From an uncultured Bifidobacteriaceae bacterium (GTDB lineage Bacteria > Acidobacteriota > Vicinamibacteria > Vicinamibacterales > UBA2999), in NCBI GenBank assembly GCA_964574545.1, contig CAZNOC010000001.1, forward strand, positions 3,245 through 67,244: a DNA stretch of 64,000 nucleotides. The letters are read 5' to 3'. Made by a program: the position numbers and the translations under genes. The notes beneath the pieces were generated by a model. The model worked only from the letters and a program-made list of their open reading frames with translations, was not told where the DNA came from and did no database searches. Of the stretch, positions 52,544 through 61,281 are shown one piece after another. Numbering within the stretch: the first letter of the stretch is position 1; every line of letters starts with the position of its first letter.

Positions 52544-54157
52544 ATGCAGGGAAGACTCTTCAAGAAGGCGTTGGTCGTTGCGGGCGCGGTCGCGGCGGTG
52601 TTGACCATGACGGTGGCCGCGCAGCAGATGCAGCCCACGCCCAACCGCCAGTCGGGCGAAGGCGAGGGCCCGTTCGACCGGATGGTCATCCGTGGTGTCA
52701 CCGTCATTGATGGCACCGGCGCGCAGCCGCGTGGTCCGATGGACGTCGTGGTGTCACAGGGCGTGATCCGGGAAGTGCGGAGCGTGGGGTACCCCCACGT
52801 GCCGATTCCCGAGCGCGGGCGTCCAGACAAGGGCACCAAGGAGATCGACGGCACCGGGATGTACCTGATGCCCGGCTTCGTGGACGCTCACGTCCACTGC
52901 GGCGGCGGCCAGGCGAACATCCCCGAGTACGTCTACAAGCTGTGGCTGGCGCACGGGGTGACCACCGTCCGCGGCGTGCCGTGCGGCGGAATGGACTGGA
53001 ACCTCCAGCAGCGCGATCTGAGCGCCAAGAACCAGATCGTCGCCCCGCGCATCTTTGCGTACCACCGCCCCTTCAGCGGCGACGGCTGGGACACGAGCAA
53101 GGCGTGGACCCCCGACACCGCCCGCGAGTGGGTGCAGTGGGCCAAGGGCAAGGGCATCGACGGGCTGAAACTCGGCGCGTTCGACCCCGAGATCATGGCG
53201 GCGCTGCTCGACGAGGCCAAGAAACAGAACCTCGGATCGACCGCGCACCTCGATCAGATGGGCGTCGTCCGCATGACGGCGCGCGACGCCTCGCGCCTCG
53301 GCCTCGGCTCGATGACGCACTACTACGGCCTGTTCGAGTCGCTGCTCAAGGACTCGAGCATCCAGAACTTCCCCGTGGACCAGAACTACAACGACGAGCA
53401 GCACCGCTTCGGCCAGGTGGCGCGCCTCTACGACAAGATCCACCCGCGCGGCAGCGACGAGTGGAACGCCCTCATCAAGGAGTGGGTGGACGCGAAGTTC
53501 ATCATCGATCCAACGATGACGATCTACTCCGCGGGGCGTGACGTGATGCGGATGCGCAACGCCGAGTGGCACGAGACGTACACGGTGCCGTCCCTCTGGA
53601 ACTTCTTCCAGCCGAACCGCGTCGCGCACGGCGCGTACTGGTTCGACTGGACGACCGAGGACGAGGTGCAGTGGAGACGCTTCTACCAGGTGTGGATGTC
53701 GTTCCTGCAGGACTTCAAGAACGCCGGAGGCCGCGTCGTCACCGGGTCGGACTCGGGCTTCATCTACCAGACGTACGGCTTCGGCTACATCATCGAACTC
53801 GAGATGCTGCAGGAAGCCGGGTTCCACCCGCTCGAGGTGATCCGCGCCGCGACGCTGCACGGGGCCGAGGCGATGCACGAGCCCATGGGCAAGCCGATTG
53901 AGTTCGGCATCATCCGGCCGGGTCTGAAGGCCGACATGATCCTCATCGACGAGAACCCGCTGCAGAACCTGAAGGTGCTGTACGGCACCGGCGCCGTGCG
54001 CCTGAACAACGAGAAGAACGCGGCCGAGCGCGTCGGTGGCATCAACTTCGTCATCAAGGACGGCATCGTCTACGACGCGAAGAAGCTGCTGGCCGATGCT
54101 GCGGCGATCGTCGAGCGTGAGAAGCGGCAGAAGCCGTCCACGAGCGCGCAGCAGTAG
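52544..54157 (+). CDS. secreted metal-dependent amidohydrolase family protein
   Basis: Signal peptide 'KKALVVAGAVAAVLTMTVAAQQ'. 'VIDGTG', 'PGFVDAHVHC' (HxH metal motif) and C-terminal 'GLKADMILIDENPL'. Confidence 0.8.
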   Translation: MQGRLFKKALVVAGAVAAVLTMTVAAQQMQPTPNRQSGEGEGPFDRMVIRGVTVIDGTGAQPRGPMDVVVSQGVIREVRSVGYPHVPIPERGRPDKGTKEIDGTGMYLMPGFVDAHVHCGGGQANIPEYVYKLWLAHGVTTVRGVPCGGMDWNLQQRDLSAKNQIVAPRIFAYHRPFSGDGWDTSKAWTPDTAREWVQWAKGKGIDGLKLGAFDPEIMAALLDEAKKQNLGSTAHLDQMGVVRMTARDASRLGLGSMTHYYGLFESLLKDSSIQNFPVDQNYNDEQHRFGQVARLYDKIHPRGSDEWNALIKEWVDAKFIIDPTMTIYSAGRDVMRMRNAEWHETYTVPSLWNFFQPNRVAHGAYWFDWTTEDEVQWRRFYQVWMSFLQDFKNAGGRVVTGSDSGFIYQTYGFGYIIELEMLQEAGFHPLEVIRAATLHGAEAMHEPMGKPIEFGIIRPGLKADMILIDENPLQNLKVLYGTGAVRLNNEKNAAERVGGINFVIKDGIVYDAKKLLADAAAIVEREKRQKPSTSAQQ

Positions 54158-54163
54158 GGGCAG

Positions 54164-54194
54164 GCGGGGGCGGCGCTGCGCGCGCCGCCCCCGC
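54164..54194 (+). terminator. strong GC hairpin after the amidohydrolase gene (a second, weaker hairpin with a T-tract lies at 54204-54238)
   Basis: GCGGGGGCGGCG (54164-54175) pairs perfectly with CGCCGCCCCCGC (54183-54194). AGAACCG (54204-54210) pairs with CGGTTCT (54229-54235), followed by TTC. Confidence 0.35.
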
Positions 54195-54259
54195 TGCCAG
54201 TTGAGAACCGAAAGCTGACCGCTGATCGCGGTTCTTTCGTCGCCTGGGAGTCCCCGCCC

Positions 54260-55228
54260 ATGACGCGTCTCGTCCGATGGTTCCTGGGTTTCCTTGCGCT
54301 CGTGGTAGCCCTTGCGGGCGCCGGAGTCGCCTACCTCTTCATCGCCTACCCTGACATCCCCCCGGCCGAAGACGTCACGATTGCCGTGACACCGGAGAAG
54401 CTGGCCCGAGGGGCGTACCTCGCCAACTACGTGTCGGGATGCGTCGAGTGCCACGGCACCCGTGACTGGTCGAAGTACGCCGCGCCGCTCATGCCAGGCA
54501 CCGAGGGCCGTGGCGGTGACTTCTTCGGGGAAGCGGGATCGCCCGTGCAGCTCTGGGCGCCGAACATCACGCCGGCCGCGCTCGGCGACTGGACTGACGG
54601 CGAGATCATCCGCGCCGTCACCGCCGGCGTCGCCAAGGATGGCCGCGCGCTCTTCCCGATCATGCCGTACCTGAACTACGGGAAGATGGCACGCGAGGAT
54701 ATCGAGGCGATCGTCGCCTACATCCGCACGCTGCCGCCCATCGAGTTCACCGTGCCCGAGCGTCAGCTCGGCTTTCCCCTGCCCCTCGTCGTGCGCACCA
54801 TGCCGCAGCCGCCGACGCCACGCCCCATCCCGCCGAAGTCCGACACGGTCGCCTACGGCGAGTACATGACCACAGCCGCCGTGTGCGTGGACTGCCACAC
54901 GCCACAGGGAGACCAGGGGCCAGTCCCCGGCATGGAGTTCGCCGGCGGCATGGAGTTCCCCCTCAGGAACGGGAAACGCATTCGGACGCCGAACATCACC
55001 CCGGATGCCGACACCGGCATCGGGACCTGGACCGAGCAGCAGTTCGTCGAGAAGTTCAAGGCGTTCGACGGCGCGCCGCATCGCACGATGAGCGACGCCG
55101 AGCAGGGCGAGAACACCTACATGCCCTGGTACCTCTACGCGCAGATGGACGCCGAGGACCTGGCCGCGATCTATGCCTACCTTCGGACGCTGAAGCCAGT
55201 GGTGAACCGCGTCACGGTTCGACCCTGA
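54260..55228 (+). CDS. membrane-anchored dihaem c-type cytochrome
   Basis: N-terminal TM 'WFLGFLALVVALAGAGVAYLFIA'. Two CxxCH motifs ('CVECH', 'CVDCH'). Confidence 0.85.
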   Translation: MTRLVRWFLGFLALVVALAGAGVAYLFIAYPDIPPAEDVTIAVTPEKLARGAYLANYVSGCVECHGTRDWSKYAAPLMPGTEGRGGDFFGEAGSPVQLWAPNITPAALGDWTDGEIIRAVTAGVAKDGRALFPIMPYLNYGKMAREDIEAIVAYIRTLPPIEFTVPERQLGFPLPLVVRTMPQPPTPRPIPPKSDTVAYGEYMTTAAVCVDCHTPQGDQGPVPGMEFAGGMEFPLRNGKRIRTPNITPDADTGIGTWTEQQFVEKFKAFDGAPHRTMSDAEQGENTYMPWYLYAQMDAEDLAAIYAYLRTLKPVVNRVTVRP

Positions 55229-55284
55229 CCCCGCCCACCGAAGCTCGCGCACACGTCACAGGCGAGAGAAGGCGGGAACAGCGA

Positions 55285-56103
55285 ATGGCGAATCGCGAAC
55301 CCGCGAAGAGCGACATGGTACTGAACCTCAAAGGGAAGCGCGCGATCGTGATGGCGGCCAGCCGCGGGCTCGGCTTCGCCTGTGCGGAGGGCCTCGCTCG
55401 CGAGGGGGTCGATCTCGTCATCTGCAGCCGCGACGAGGCGCGCATCCAGGATGCGGCCGCGCGACTGCGGCGGGAGACAGGTGCCCGCGTGCACGCAGTC
55501 GCCGCCGACGTGAGCAGCCCGGGCGAAGCTGCGCGCCTCGTGGGGCTGGCCGTGGAGCACTACGGCGGCCTCGACATCGTCGTGCACAACGCCGGCGGCC
55601 CCCCGGCGGGCGACTTCCAGGCCGTCGGCGAGCCGCAGTGGGCCAAGGCCATCGAGCAGAACCTGATGAGCCTCGTCCGCATCGTCGCGGCGGCCGTGCC
55701 GGAGATGCGGAAGGCAGGCGGCGGCCGTCTCCTCACCATCGCCTCGTCGTCCATCAAACAGCCGATTCCGAACCTCGTGCTGTCAAACGCCACCCGCGCG
55801 GGCGTGTGGGGCCTGGCCAAGTCGCTGTCACGCGAGCTTGCGCCGGACGGCATTCTGGTCAACGTCATCGCGCCCGGCCGCGTGCAGACCGAGCGCATCG
55901 ACGAACTCGACCGCGCGAACGCGGAGAAGAGCGGGCAGCCGCTCGACGCCGTCAAAGCCGCGTCGGTGGCTTCGGTCCCACTCGGACGGCTCGGCCGCCC
56001 TGCCGAGCTGGCGAACCTCGTCGTGTTCCTCGCCTCCGATGCGGCCAGCTACATCTCCGGCCAGGCGATCATGGTCGATGGCGCCGCCGGCAACGCGCTC
56101 TGA
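55285..56103 (+). CDS. SDR family oxidoreductase (FabG-like)
   Basis: ATG at 55285 (alternative 55315). 'AIVMAASRGLGFA', 'HNAGG' and 'GRPAELANLVVFLASDAASYISGQAIMVDG'. The usual YxxxK Tyr is not obvious ('SNATRAGVWGLAK'). Confidence 0.7.
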   Translation: MANREPAKSDMVLNLKGKRAIVMAASRGLGFACAEGLAREGVDLVICSRDEARIQDAAARLRRETGARVHAVAADVSSPGEAARLVGLAVEHYGGLDIVVHNAGGPPAGDFQAVGEPQWAKAIEQNLMSLVRIVAAAVPEMRKAGGGRLLTIASSSIKQPIPNLVLSNATRAGVWGLAKSLSRELAPDGILVNVIAPGRVQTERIDELDRANAEKSGQPLDAVKAASVASVPLGRLGRPAELANLVVFLASDAASYISGQAIMVDGAAGNAL

Positions 56104-56105
56104 GC

Positions 56106-56168
56106 GGTGGACGGTGCACGGTGATCGGTGGACGGTGATCGGTGGACGGTGGACGGTCGACAGTGAGC
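56106..56168. repeat. tandem heptanucleotide repeat GGTG(G/C/A)(A/T)C, 8 copies plus one degenerate
   Basis: ggtggac ggtgcac ggtgatc ggtggac ggtgatc ggtggac ggtggac ggtcgac agtgagc. It starts 3 nt after the SDR stop and lies upstream of mltB. Confidence 0.9.
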
Positions 56169-56252
56169 GCCTCCGCGGCCGCCGGCTGCTTCGGCGAGAT
56201 CCGCCATCCCAGCCGGGTGAAGGCGGCACTGCGAAGTGTCGTACCATGTGGC

Positions 56253-57269
56253 ATGCGTGCGGTGGGAATTGCGTTGGTGCTTGGTGTGGCAGCGGTCGCC
56301 TGGCCGTCTGCGCAACCAGCCGGGGATGGACCTGACGACGAGCGGTTTGCCGCGTTTCTCGGCGAGGTGCGTGACGAGGCAATCGCGCGCGGCATTGCGC
56401 CCGAGACCATCGCGCGCGCGTTCGAGGGCCTCAGGCCGGAGGCGACGGTCGTCGAGCGCGATCGCACGCAGGCCGAGGTCGTGGAGGCTCCCGACGACTA
56501 CATCCGCCGGCGCGTGACGACGGGGATGGTGCGGACGGGCCGCACCCGCGCGGCGCCGCATCGCGCGCTGCTCGCGAAGGTGGCGGCGCACTACGGGGTG
56601 CAGTCGCGGTACATCGTGGCCGTCTGGGGCATGGAGTCCAACTACGGCCGATTCAGCGGGGTCCGGCCCACCGTGCAGGCGCTCGCCACGCTCGCGTGGG
56701 AGGGACGCCGTGGTCCCTTCTTCAAGGGCGAGTTGCTGGACGCGCTCGAGATTCTCGACCGAGGCTACATCGACCTGCCGTCGATGCGGGGGTCCTGGGC
56801 CGGCGCGATGGGGCAGCCCCAGTTCATGCCGTCCAGCTACCTGAAGTTCGCGCAGGACTTCGACGGCGATGGCGCACGTGACATCTGGGCCTCCCACGCC
56901 GACATCTTCGCCTCGGTGGCCAACTATCTGAAGCACCACGGCTGGGATGGGACACAGACGTGGGGCCGTGAAGTGCAGGTGCCGCCGGTCGTCGCGAAGC
57001 GGGCCGGGGGGCTCGGAACGCTTGACGGAGGCTGCCGCGCGCGACGGACCATGTCGGTTCGGCTTCCGCTCCTCGACTGGCAGGCGATGGGCGTCCGATC
57101 GGCCGGCGGCGGCGCGTTGCCCGCCGTGGACCGCGACGCGTCGCTCGTCAGCGCGGGCCGGCGGTGGTTCCTCGTCTACGGCAACTACGAGGCCCTCCTG
57201 GCGTACAACTGCGCGCATCCGTACGCCCTCAGCGTCGGCCTGCTCGGCGACGCGATCGGCCGGCCGTAG
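56253..57269 (+). CDS. mltB: lytic murein transglycosylase (MltB/SLT_2 family)
   Basis: The ATG at 56253 gives a signal peptide. 'YIVAVWGMESNYG' (catalytic Glu motif), 'GAMGQPQFMPSSY', 'DFDGDG' and 'YNCAHPYALSVGLL'. Confidence 0.85.
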   Translation: MRAVGIALVLGVAAVAWPSAQPAGDGPDDERFAAFLGEVRDEAIARGIAPETIARAFEGLRPEATVVERDRTQAEVVEAPDDYIRRRVTTGMVRTGRTRAAPHRALLAKVAAHYGVQSRYIVAVWGMESNYGRFSGVRPTVQALATLAWEGRRGPFFKGELLDALEILDRGYIDLPSMRGSWAGAMGQPQFMPSSYLKFAQDFDGDGARDIWASHADIFASVANYLKHHGWDGTQTWGREVQVPPVVAKRAGGLGTLDGGCRARRTMSVRLPLLDWQAMGVRSAGGGALPAVDRDASLVSAGRRWFLVYGNYEALLAYNCAHPYALSVGLLGDAIGRP

Positions 57270-57294
57270 CGGCAGGCTCCCGCCTCGTCGTAAG

Positions 57295-57480
57295 ATGGGG
57301 AGCGTGAACAAGCCTTCCGGATGGGCCGTCGCGTTGTGCTTCGTGGCGGCGGCCGCGTCGATGGGTGGCGCGCTCTACTTCGCCGGCCAGGACAGGACGC
57401 CGATCGCGCTCGTGGGCACCGTGCTCTTCGTGATGCTCGGCGGCTACGGCTTCGAGCTGGCGCGGCGCCGTTCCGCATGA
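57295..57480 (+). CDS. small two-TM membrane protein
   Basis: 61 aa: 'WAVALCFVAAAASMGGALYF' and 'IALVGTVLFVMLGGYGF'. ATG at 57295 (alternative GTG 57304). Its stop overlaps the next start. Confidence 0.45.
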   Translation: MGSVNKPSGWAVALCFVAAAASMGGALYFAGQDRTPIALVGTVLFVMLGGYGFELARRRSA

Positions 57481-57701
57481 CGGCTGCCACGATGCGGAAT
57501 CCGGGAACCTCGGCGGTGTTGAGCTTCCTGATTCCGGGTCTGGGACAGGTCTACAACGGCGATTTCCTCCGCGGCCTGTTCTGGGTAGTGATCACGACCG
57601 GGTCCTGGATTCTGACCGCGGGCCTGTTCGGCTGGCCCTTTCACCTGTTGTCCGCCTTCACCGCCTACCGCCGGGCGGAACGGAAGAACCAAGAGCGATG
57701 A
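57477..57701 (+). CDS. small membrane protein with 'PGLGQVYNG' motif
   Basis: 74 aa. ATG at 57477 (ATGA overlap). 'SAVLSFLIPGLGQVYNGDFLRGLFWVVITTGSWIL'. Its stop overlaps the ferritin start. Confidence 0.55.
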   Translation: MTAATMRNPGTSAVLSFLIPGLGQVYNGDFLRGLFWVVITTGSWILTAGLFGWPFHLLSAFTAYRRAERKNQER

Positions 57702-58219
57702 ACCCCGAACTGCTACACGGCCTCAACGAACACCTCACCCTTGAGTTCCGCGCGTCGCACGAGTACCTCGCGATGTCGGTGTGGCTGTCCATGCACGACA
57801 TGCCTGGCTTCGCGCAGTGGATGCGTCAGCAGTCCACCGATGAACTGATGCACGCGCAGAAGATCATTGATCATCTCGTCGAACGCGACCAGCAGGTCGT
57901 GCTGCCGGGCGTGGCCGCGCCGCCGTCCGACTGGCCCTCGGCGGAGGCCCTGTGCGCGCACGTGCTCGAAAACGAACGCGAGGTCACCGCCTCGATCAAC
58001 GACCTCTGCGCCATGGCGGAGAAGGCCAAGGATCGGCCCGCGGCCGTGATGCTGCAGTGGTTCGTCAACGAGCAGATGGAGGAGGAGGCCGCCGCTCGCG
58101 CGGTGCTCGGCCGCATCAAGCTTGCCGGCAATACCGGCATCGGTCTGCTCATGGTCGACCAGGAACTGGCGTCCGGGAAGGTTCCCGGGATGCCGGCATC
58201 GCCGACGACGGCGGGGTAG
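57698..58219 (+). CDS. ftn: ferritin (non-haem, Ftn-like)
   Basis: 'LNEHLTLEFRASHEYLAMSVWL', 'DELMHAQKIIDHL', 'ENEREVTASINDL' and 'QWFVNEQMEEE' (di-iron ligand pattern). Confidence 0.85.
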   Translation: MNPELLHGLNEHLTLEFRASHEYLAMSVWLSMHDMPGFAQWMRQQSTDELMHAQKIIDHLVERDQQVVLPGVAAPPSDWPSAEALCAHVLENEREVTASINDLCAMAEKAKDRPAAVMLQWFVNEQMEEEAAARAVLGRIKLAGNTGIGLLMVDQELASGKVPGMPASPTTAG

Positions 58220-58236
58220 GGACGGAAGTTCAAAGT

Positions 58237-59098
58237 TCAAAGTTGCCGTAGCGGCGCGGCCATCAAGGCCAGGGTGGTGAAGAGGGGCGCGGCCAGGAAC
58301 GCGTCTCCGGCCACCGTCGCGCGGCGTGCGGCTTCGTCGGGGGGCAGCATCTTGTAGAACAGCCGCCACGCCGTCGTGGCGTCCATGGTGACCACCGCTG
58401 CCGGGGCGTCCGACGTCCCCTGGTGGAGCTCCCAGCCCGCGTCCCGGCGCACCAGACGCCAGGCCGCGCCCGCAGGACCAGTGACGATGAGCGCGACCGT
58501 CGTGCCCGCGGGCGCAGGGACCGCTCGGTAGCCGTGAGGCAGCGCACACACGGCGGCCTCGAGGATCGGCCGTACCCACCGCGGCTCGTCGAGCAGGGGC
58601 GCCCCTGGCCGTCTCGCGAATCTGCATCCAGTGGTGCCACCGTTCGGTGTACTCCCGCGCGATGTCGAACCAGTGTGCTGACGCGCGCTCTCCGGCCCAG
58701 GCCACCGGAAACAGTGCGGGACCCTCCGGTTCGAGCGTCGAGAGGTACGCCGCTAGCTCTGACGCCGTTCGTTCCACCAGGTCGGTCAACTGCCGCGGGC
58801 TCATCCGGGCCATGGCGGCGACCCAGCCGGCATTCAGTTCATCGAGCCATGCTGTCAGCGCGGCCTGGGAGGTAGTGTGACGCGGGGGAGGCGGAGGCGC
58901 CATACCGTCTCGCCCGAACGACAACCGGCGTACCGCCCCGTCGGCGAGGTGCGCCACGACCTCCCGCACGCGCCAGCCGCCGGCGTTGGCCGGCCGCAGC
59001 CAGTCGCCGGGCCCGAGCGTCCGGAGCAGCGCGATGCCGGTTCGGTCCAGTTCCTCGATGAGCGCCACCAGACGCGCGTGGTCTGCCGGGGTCAGCAT
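58237..59098 (-). pseudogene. DinB/MDMPI-like (maleylpyruvate isomerase family) gene split by a 1-nt frameshift
   Basis: The N-terminal domain ('WRVREVVAHLADG...YTERWHHWMQIRETARG') is in one frame (59098 down to about 58600). A sensible C-terminal continuation ('APLLDEPRWVRPILEAAVCALPHGY...') is in another frame, down to 58237. The junction lies at the GGGGCGCCCC run (58596-58605). Confidence 0.6.
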
Positions 59099-59285
59099 GC
59101 GCCAGTATACGGGCTGACGGATCCGGCGAGTGAGGCCGCAAGCGTCGGGCCGCGCCAGTCATCCATGCGGCTTCGTCCATTCGACCGCGGGGGCCGGCAG
59201 GAGGAACGCTGTGGTATCGTGGCGACGCTCGCCGCAACCGCCCAGTCCTGGAGGAGGGTCCCGAGGCGCAGCGCGAGGCACACGC

Positions 59286-60626
59286 ATGAGCACAGCACCG
59301 GGTTCCGACGGTCGCGGAATGAAGCTCCACAACAGGATCCTGCTCGGCCTTGCCGCCGGGGGCGTCGCCGGTGTGGTGGCCAACCTCACGGTCGGCGACT
59401 CGCATCCGGTGGTCGAATGGATCAATTACTACCTCGCGATCCCCATCGGTCAGATCTTCCTCCGGATGCTCTTCATGGTGGTGATCCCGCTGGTGTTTGC
59501 CTCGATCACGCTGGGCGTGGCCGGCATGGGCGACATCAGGAAGGTGGGCCGCGTGGGCGGCAAGGCGCTGGCCTACTTCTTCGTCACGACGGCGCTCGCC
59601 GCCACGCTCGGCCTCCTCGTGGTCAACATCACGCAGCCGTGGGAGCGCGTGACGCCTGAGACCCGCGCCGAGCTGATGGAGCGGTTCGCCGGAGACGCGT
59701 CCGCCCGCGTGGAGACGGCGGCCACGACCGAGTTCGGCATCAACACCTTCGTCAACATCATCCCGCGCAATCCCGTGCAGGCGGCCGCGTCCACCGATCT
59801 GCTCGGCATCATCTTCTTCGGCCTGGTCTTCGGTGCCGCACTCACGCTGCTGCCCGCCGCGAAGGCGCAGCCGATGATCGACGTGCTGGAGGCGCTCAAC
59901 GAGGTGGTCATCAAGATCATCCAGTTCGCGATGATCATCGCGCCGTACGGGGTCGCCGGGCTGATCTTCACTGTCGCCTCGACCTTCGGGTTCGACCTGC
60001 TCGCGGCGGTCGCGGCCTACGTCGGCACCGTCCTCCTCGGCCTGGCCCTGCACGTCCTGATCACGCTGTCGTTCATCGTCCACTTCCTGATCGGCGTGAG
60101 CCCGCCGCGCTTCTTCCTGCGCATCAAGGCCGCGCTCATCACGGCCTTCTCGACCAGTTCGAGCAGCGCGACGCTGCCGACCTCGATGGAGGTCGCCGAC
60201 ACGCAACTCGGCGTGCCGCGCCGGATCTACGGCTTCACGCTCCCGCTGGGCGCCACGATGTGCATGAACGGCACGGCGATCTTCGAGGGCATCACCGTCA
60301 TCTTCCTCGCGCAGATCTTCGGCGTCTCCCTGACGCTCCCGCAGATGGGCATCGTGGTCGTCATGGCGGTGGTGACGGCGATCGGTGCCGCGGGCGTGCC
60401 TGGGGGCTCCATTCCGCTGATGGTGGGGATTCTGACGATGTTCGGCGTCCCGGGCGAGGGCATCGCCATCATCCTTGGCATCGACCGTATCCTCGACATG
60501 TCCCGCACGACCGTGAACGTCTGGACCGACCTCACCGCGGCCGCCTGGCTGGCAAAGACCGAAGGCCTCTGGACGCCGGCAGACATGCCGGCCGACCCTG
60601 GAGCCGGCGCCGCGACGCCTGGATGA
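59286..60626 (+). CDS. dicarboxylate/amino acid:cation symporter (DAACS family)
   Basis: 'AFSTSSSSATLP' and 'NGTAIFEGITVIFLAQ', 'AAGVPGGS' and 'DRILDMSRTTVNVWTD' motifs. ATG at 59286 (alternative 59319). Confidence 0.85.
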   Translation: MSTAPGSDGRGMKLHNRILLGLAAGGVAGVVANLTVGDSHPVVEWINYYLAIPIGQIFLRMLFMVVIPLVFASITLGVAGMGDIRKVGRVGGKALAYFFVTTALAATLGLLVVNITQPWERVTPETRAELMERFAGDASARVETAATTEFGINTFVNIIPRNPVQAAASTDLLGIIFFGLVFGAALTLLPAAKAQPMIDVLEALNEVVIKIIQFAMIIAPYGVAGLIFTVASTFGFDLLAAVAAYVGTVLLGLALHVLITLSFIVHFLIGVSPPRFFLRIKAALITAFSTSSSSATLPTSMEVADTQLGVPRRIYGFTLPLGATMCMNGTAIFEGITVIFLAQIFGVSLTLPQMGIVVVMAVVTAIGAAGVPGGSIPLMVGILTMFGVPGEGIAIILGIDRILDMSRTTVNVWTDLTAAAWLAKTEGLWTPADMPADPGAGAATPG

Positions 60627-60723
60627 CGGCCCACCCTCCGACACCGATCCCCTGAGGTGACGGCCGTAACCACTCCCGGCGGCGAGGCGTAGTGACAGGA
60701 CGAGGGGACGGAACGGCCGGCGC

Positions 60724-61281
60724 ATGACCCCGGAGCACGAAGCGGACCTCGGACACCTGATGGTCCGGGCGCAGGACGGCGACCGCCAGGCCTACGAGGA
60801 CCTGCTGTTGCGCGTGGCTTCGCTCGTCACGGGATACGTGCGCCGTCGTGTCGGTGATGTGGCGTGGGCCGACGACGTGGTCCAGGAGTGCCTGATAGCG
60901 GTTCACCGCGCCCGGCACACGTACGACCCGGCGCGGCCCTTTCCCCCCTGGCTCTACGCGATCGCACAGAACCGGCTGATCGACGCGCTTCGCCGCAAGA
61001 AGCGGCTCCTGCTTCGCGAGGTCCAGCCTGGAGCCGACTGGATGGAGGCCGGCACCCGCCCCCGGCAGGAGCGCGACCTGATCCTGCAGGATGTGCGCCG
61101 GGCGGTGGCCGGCCTGCCCGCGAACCAGCGGCAGGTGATCGAGCTGCTGAAGTTCGAGGACAAGAGCGTGCGGGACGTGGCCGCGGCGCTTGGCATGAGC
61201 GAGTCGAACGTAAAGGTGACCGCGCATCGCGGGTATCGGGCGCTCAGGCGCCGAATCGAGGAGTGGGGTCGTGCGGACTGA
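60724..61281 (+). CDS. ECF-family RNA polymerase sigma factor
   Basis: 'DDVVQECLIAVHRARHTYDPARPFPPWLYAIAQNRLIDALRR' (region 2) and 'VRDVAAALGMSESNVKVTAHRGYRALR' (region 4). Confidence 0.85.
   Translation: MTPEHEADLGHLMVRAQDGDRQAYEDLLLRVASLVTGYVRRRVGDVAWADDVVQECLIAVHRARHTYDPARPFPPWLYAIAQNRLIDALRRKKRLLLREVQPGADWMEAGTRPRQERDLILQDVRRAVAGLPANQRQVIELLKFEDKSVRDVAAALGMSESNVKVTAHRGYRALRRRIEEWGRAD

Noticed and set aside
56106-56168. Possible CRISPR array
   Set aside because: The repeat unit is only 7 nt with no spacers, and there are no cas genes. It is a simple tandem repeat.
58227-58244. AGTTCAA AGTTCAA AGTT mini-repeat between the ferritin and the DinB-like gene
   Set aside because: It has only 2.5 copies and overlaps the 3' end and stop of the minus-strand gene. 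It is most likely chance.
58263-58640. 125-aa ORF in the third frame across the frameshift region
   Set aside because: It is Arg/Ser/Pro-rich nonsense. The two other frames carry the recognisable DinB-like N- and C-terminal halves.
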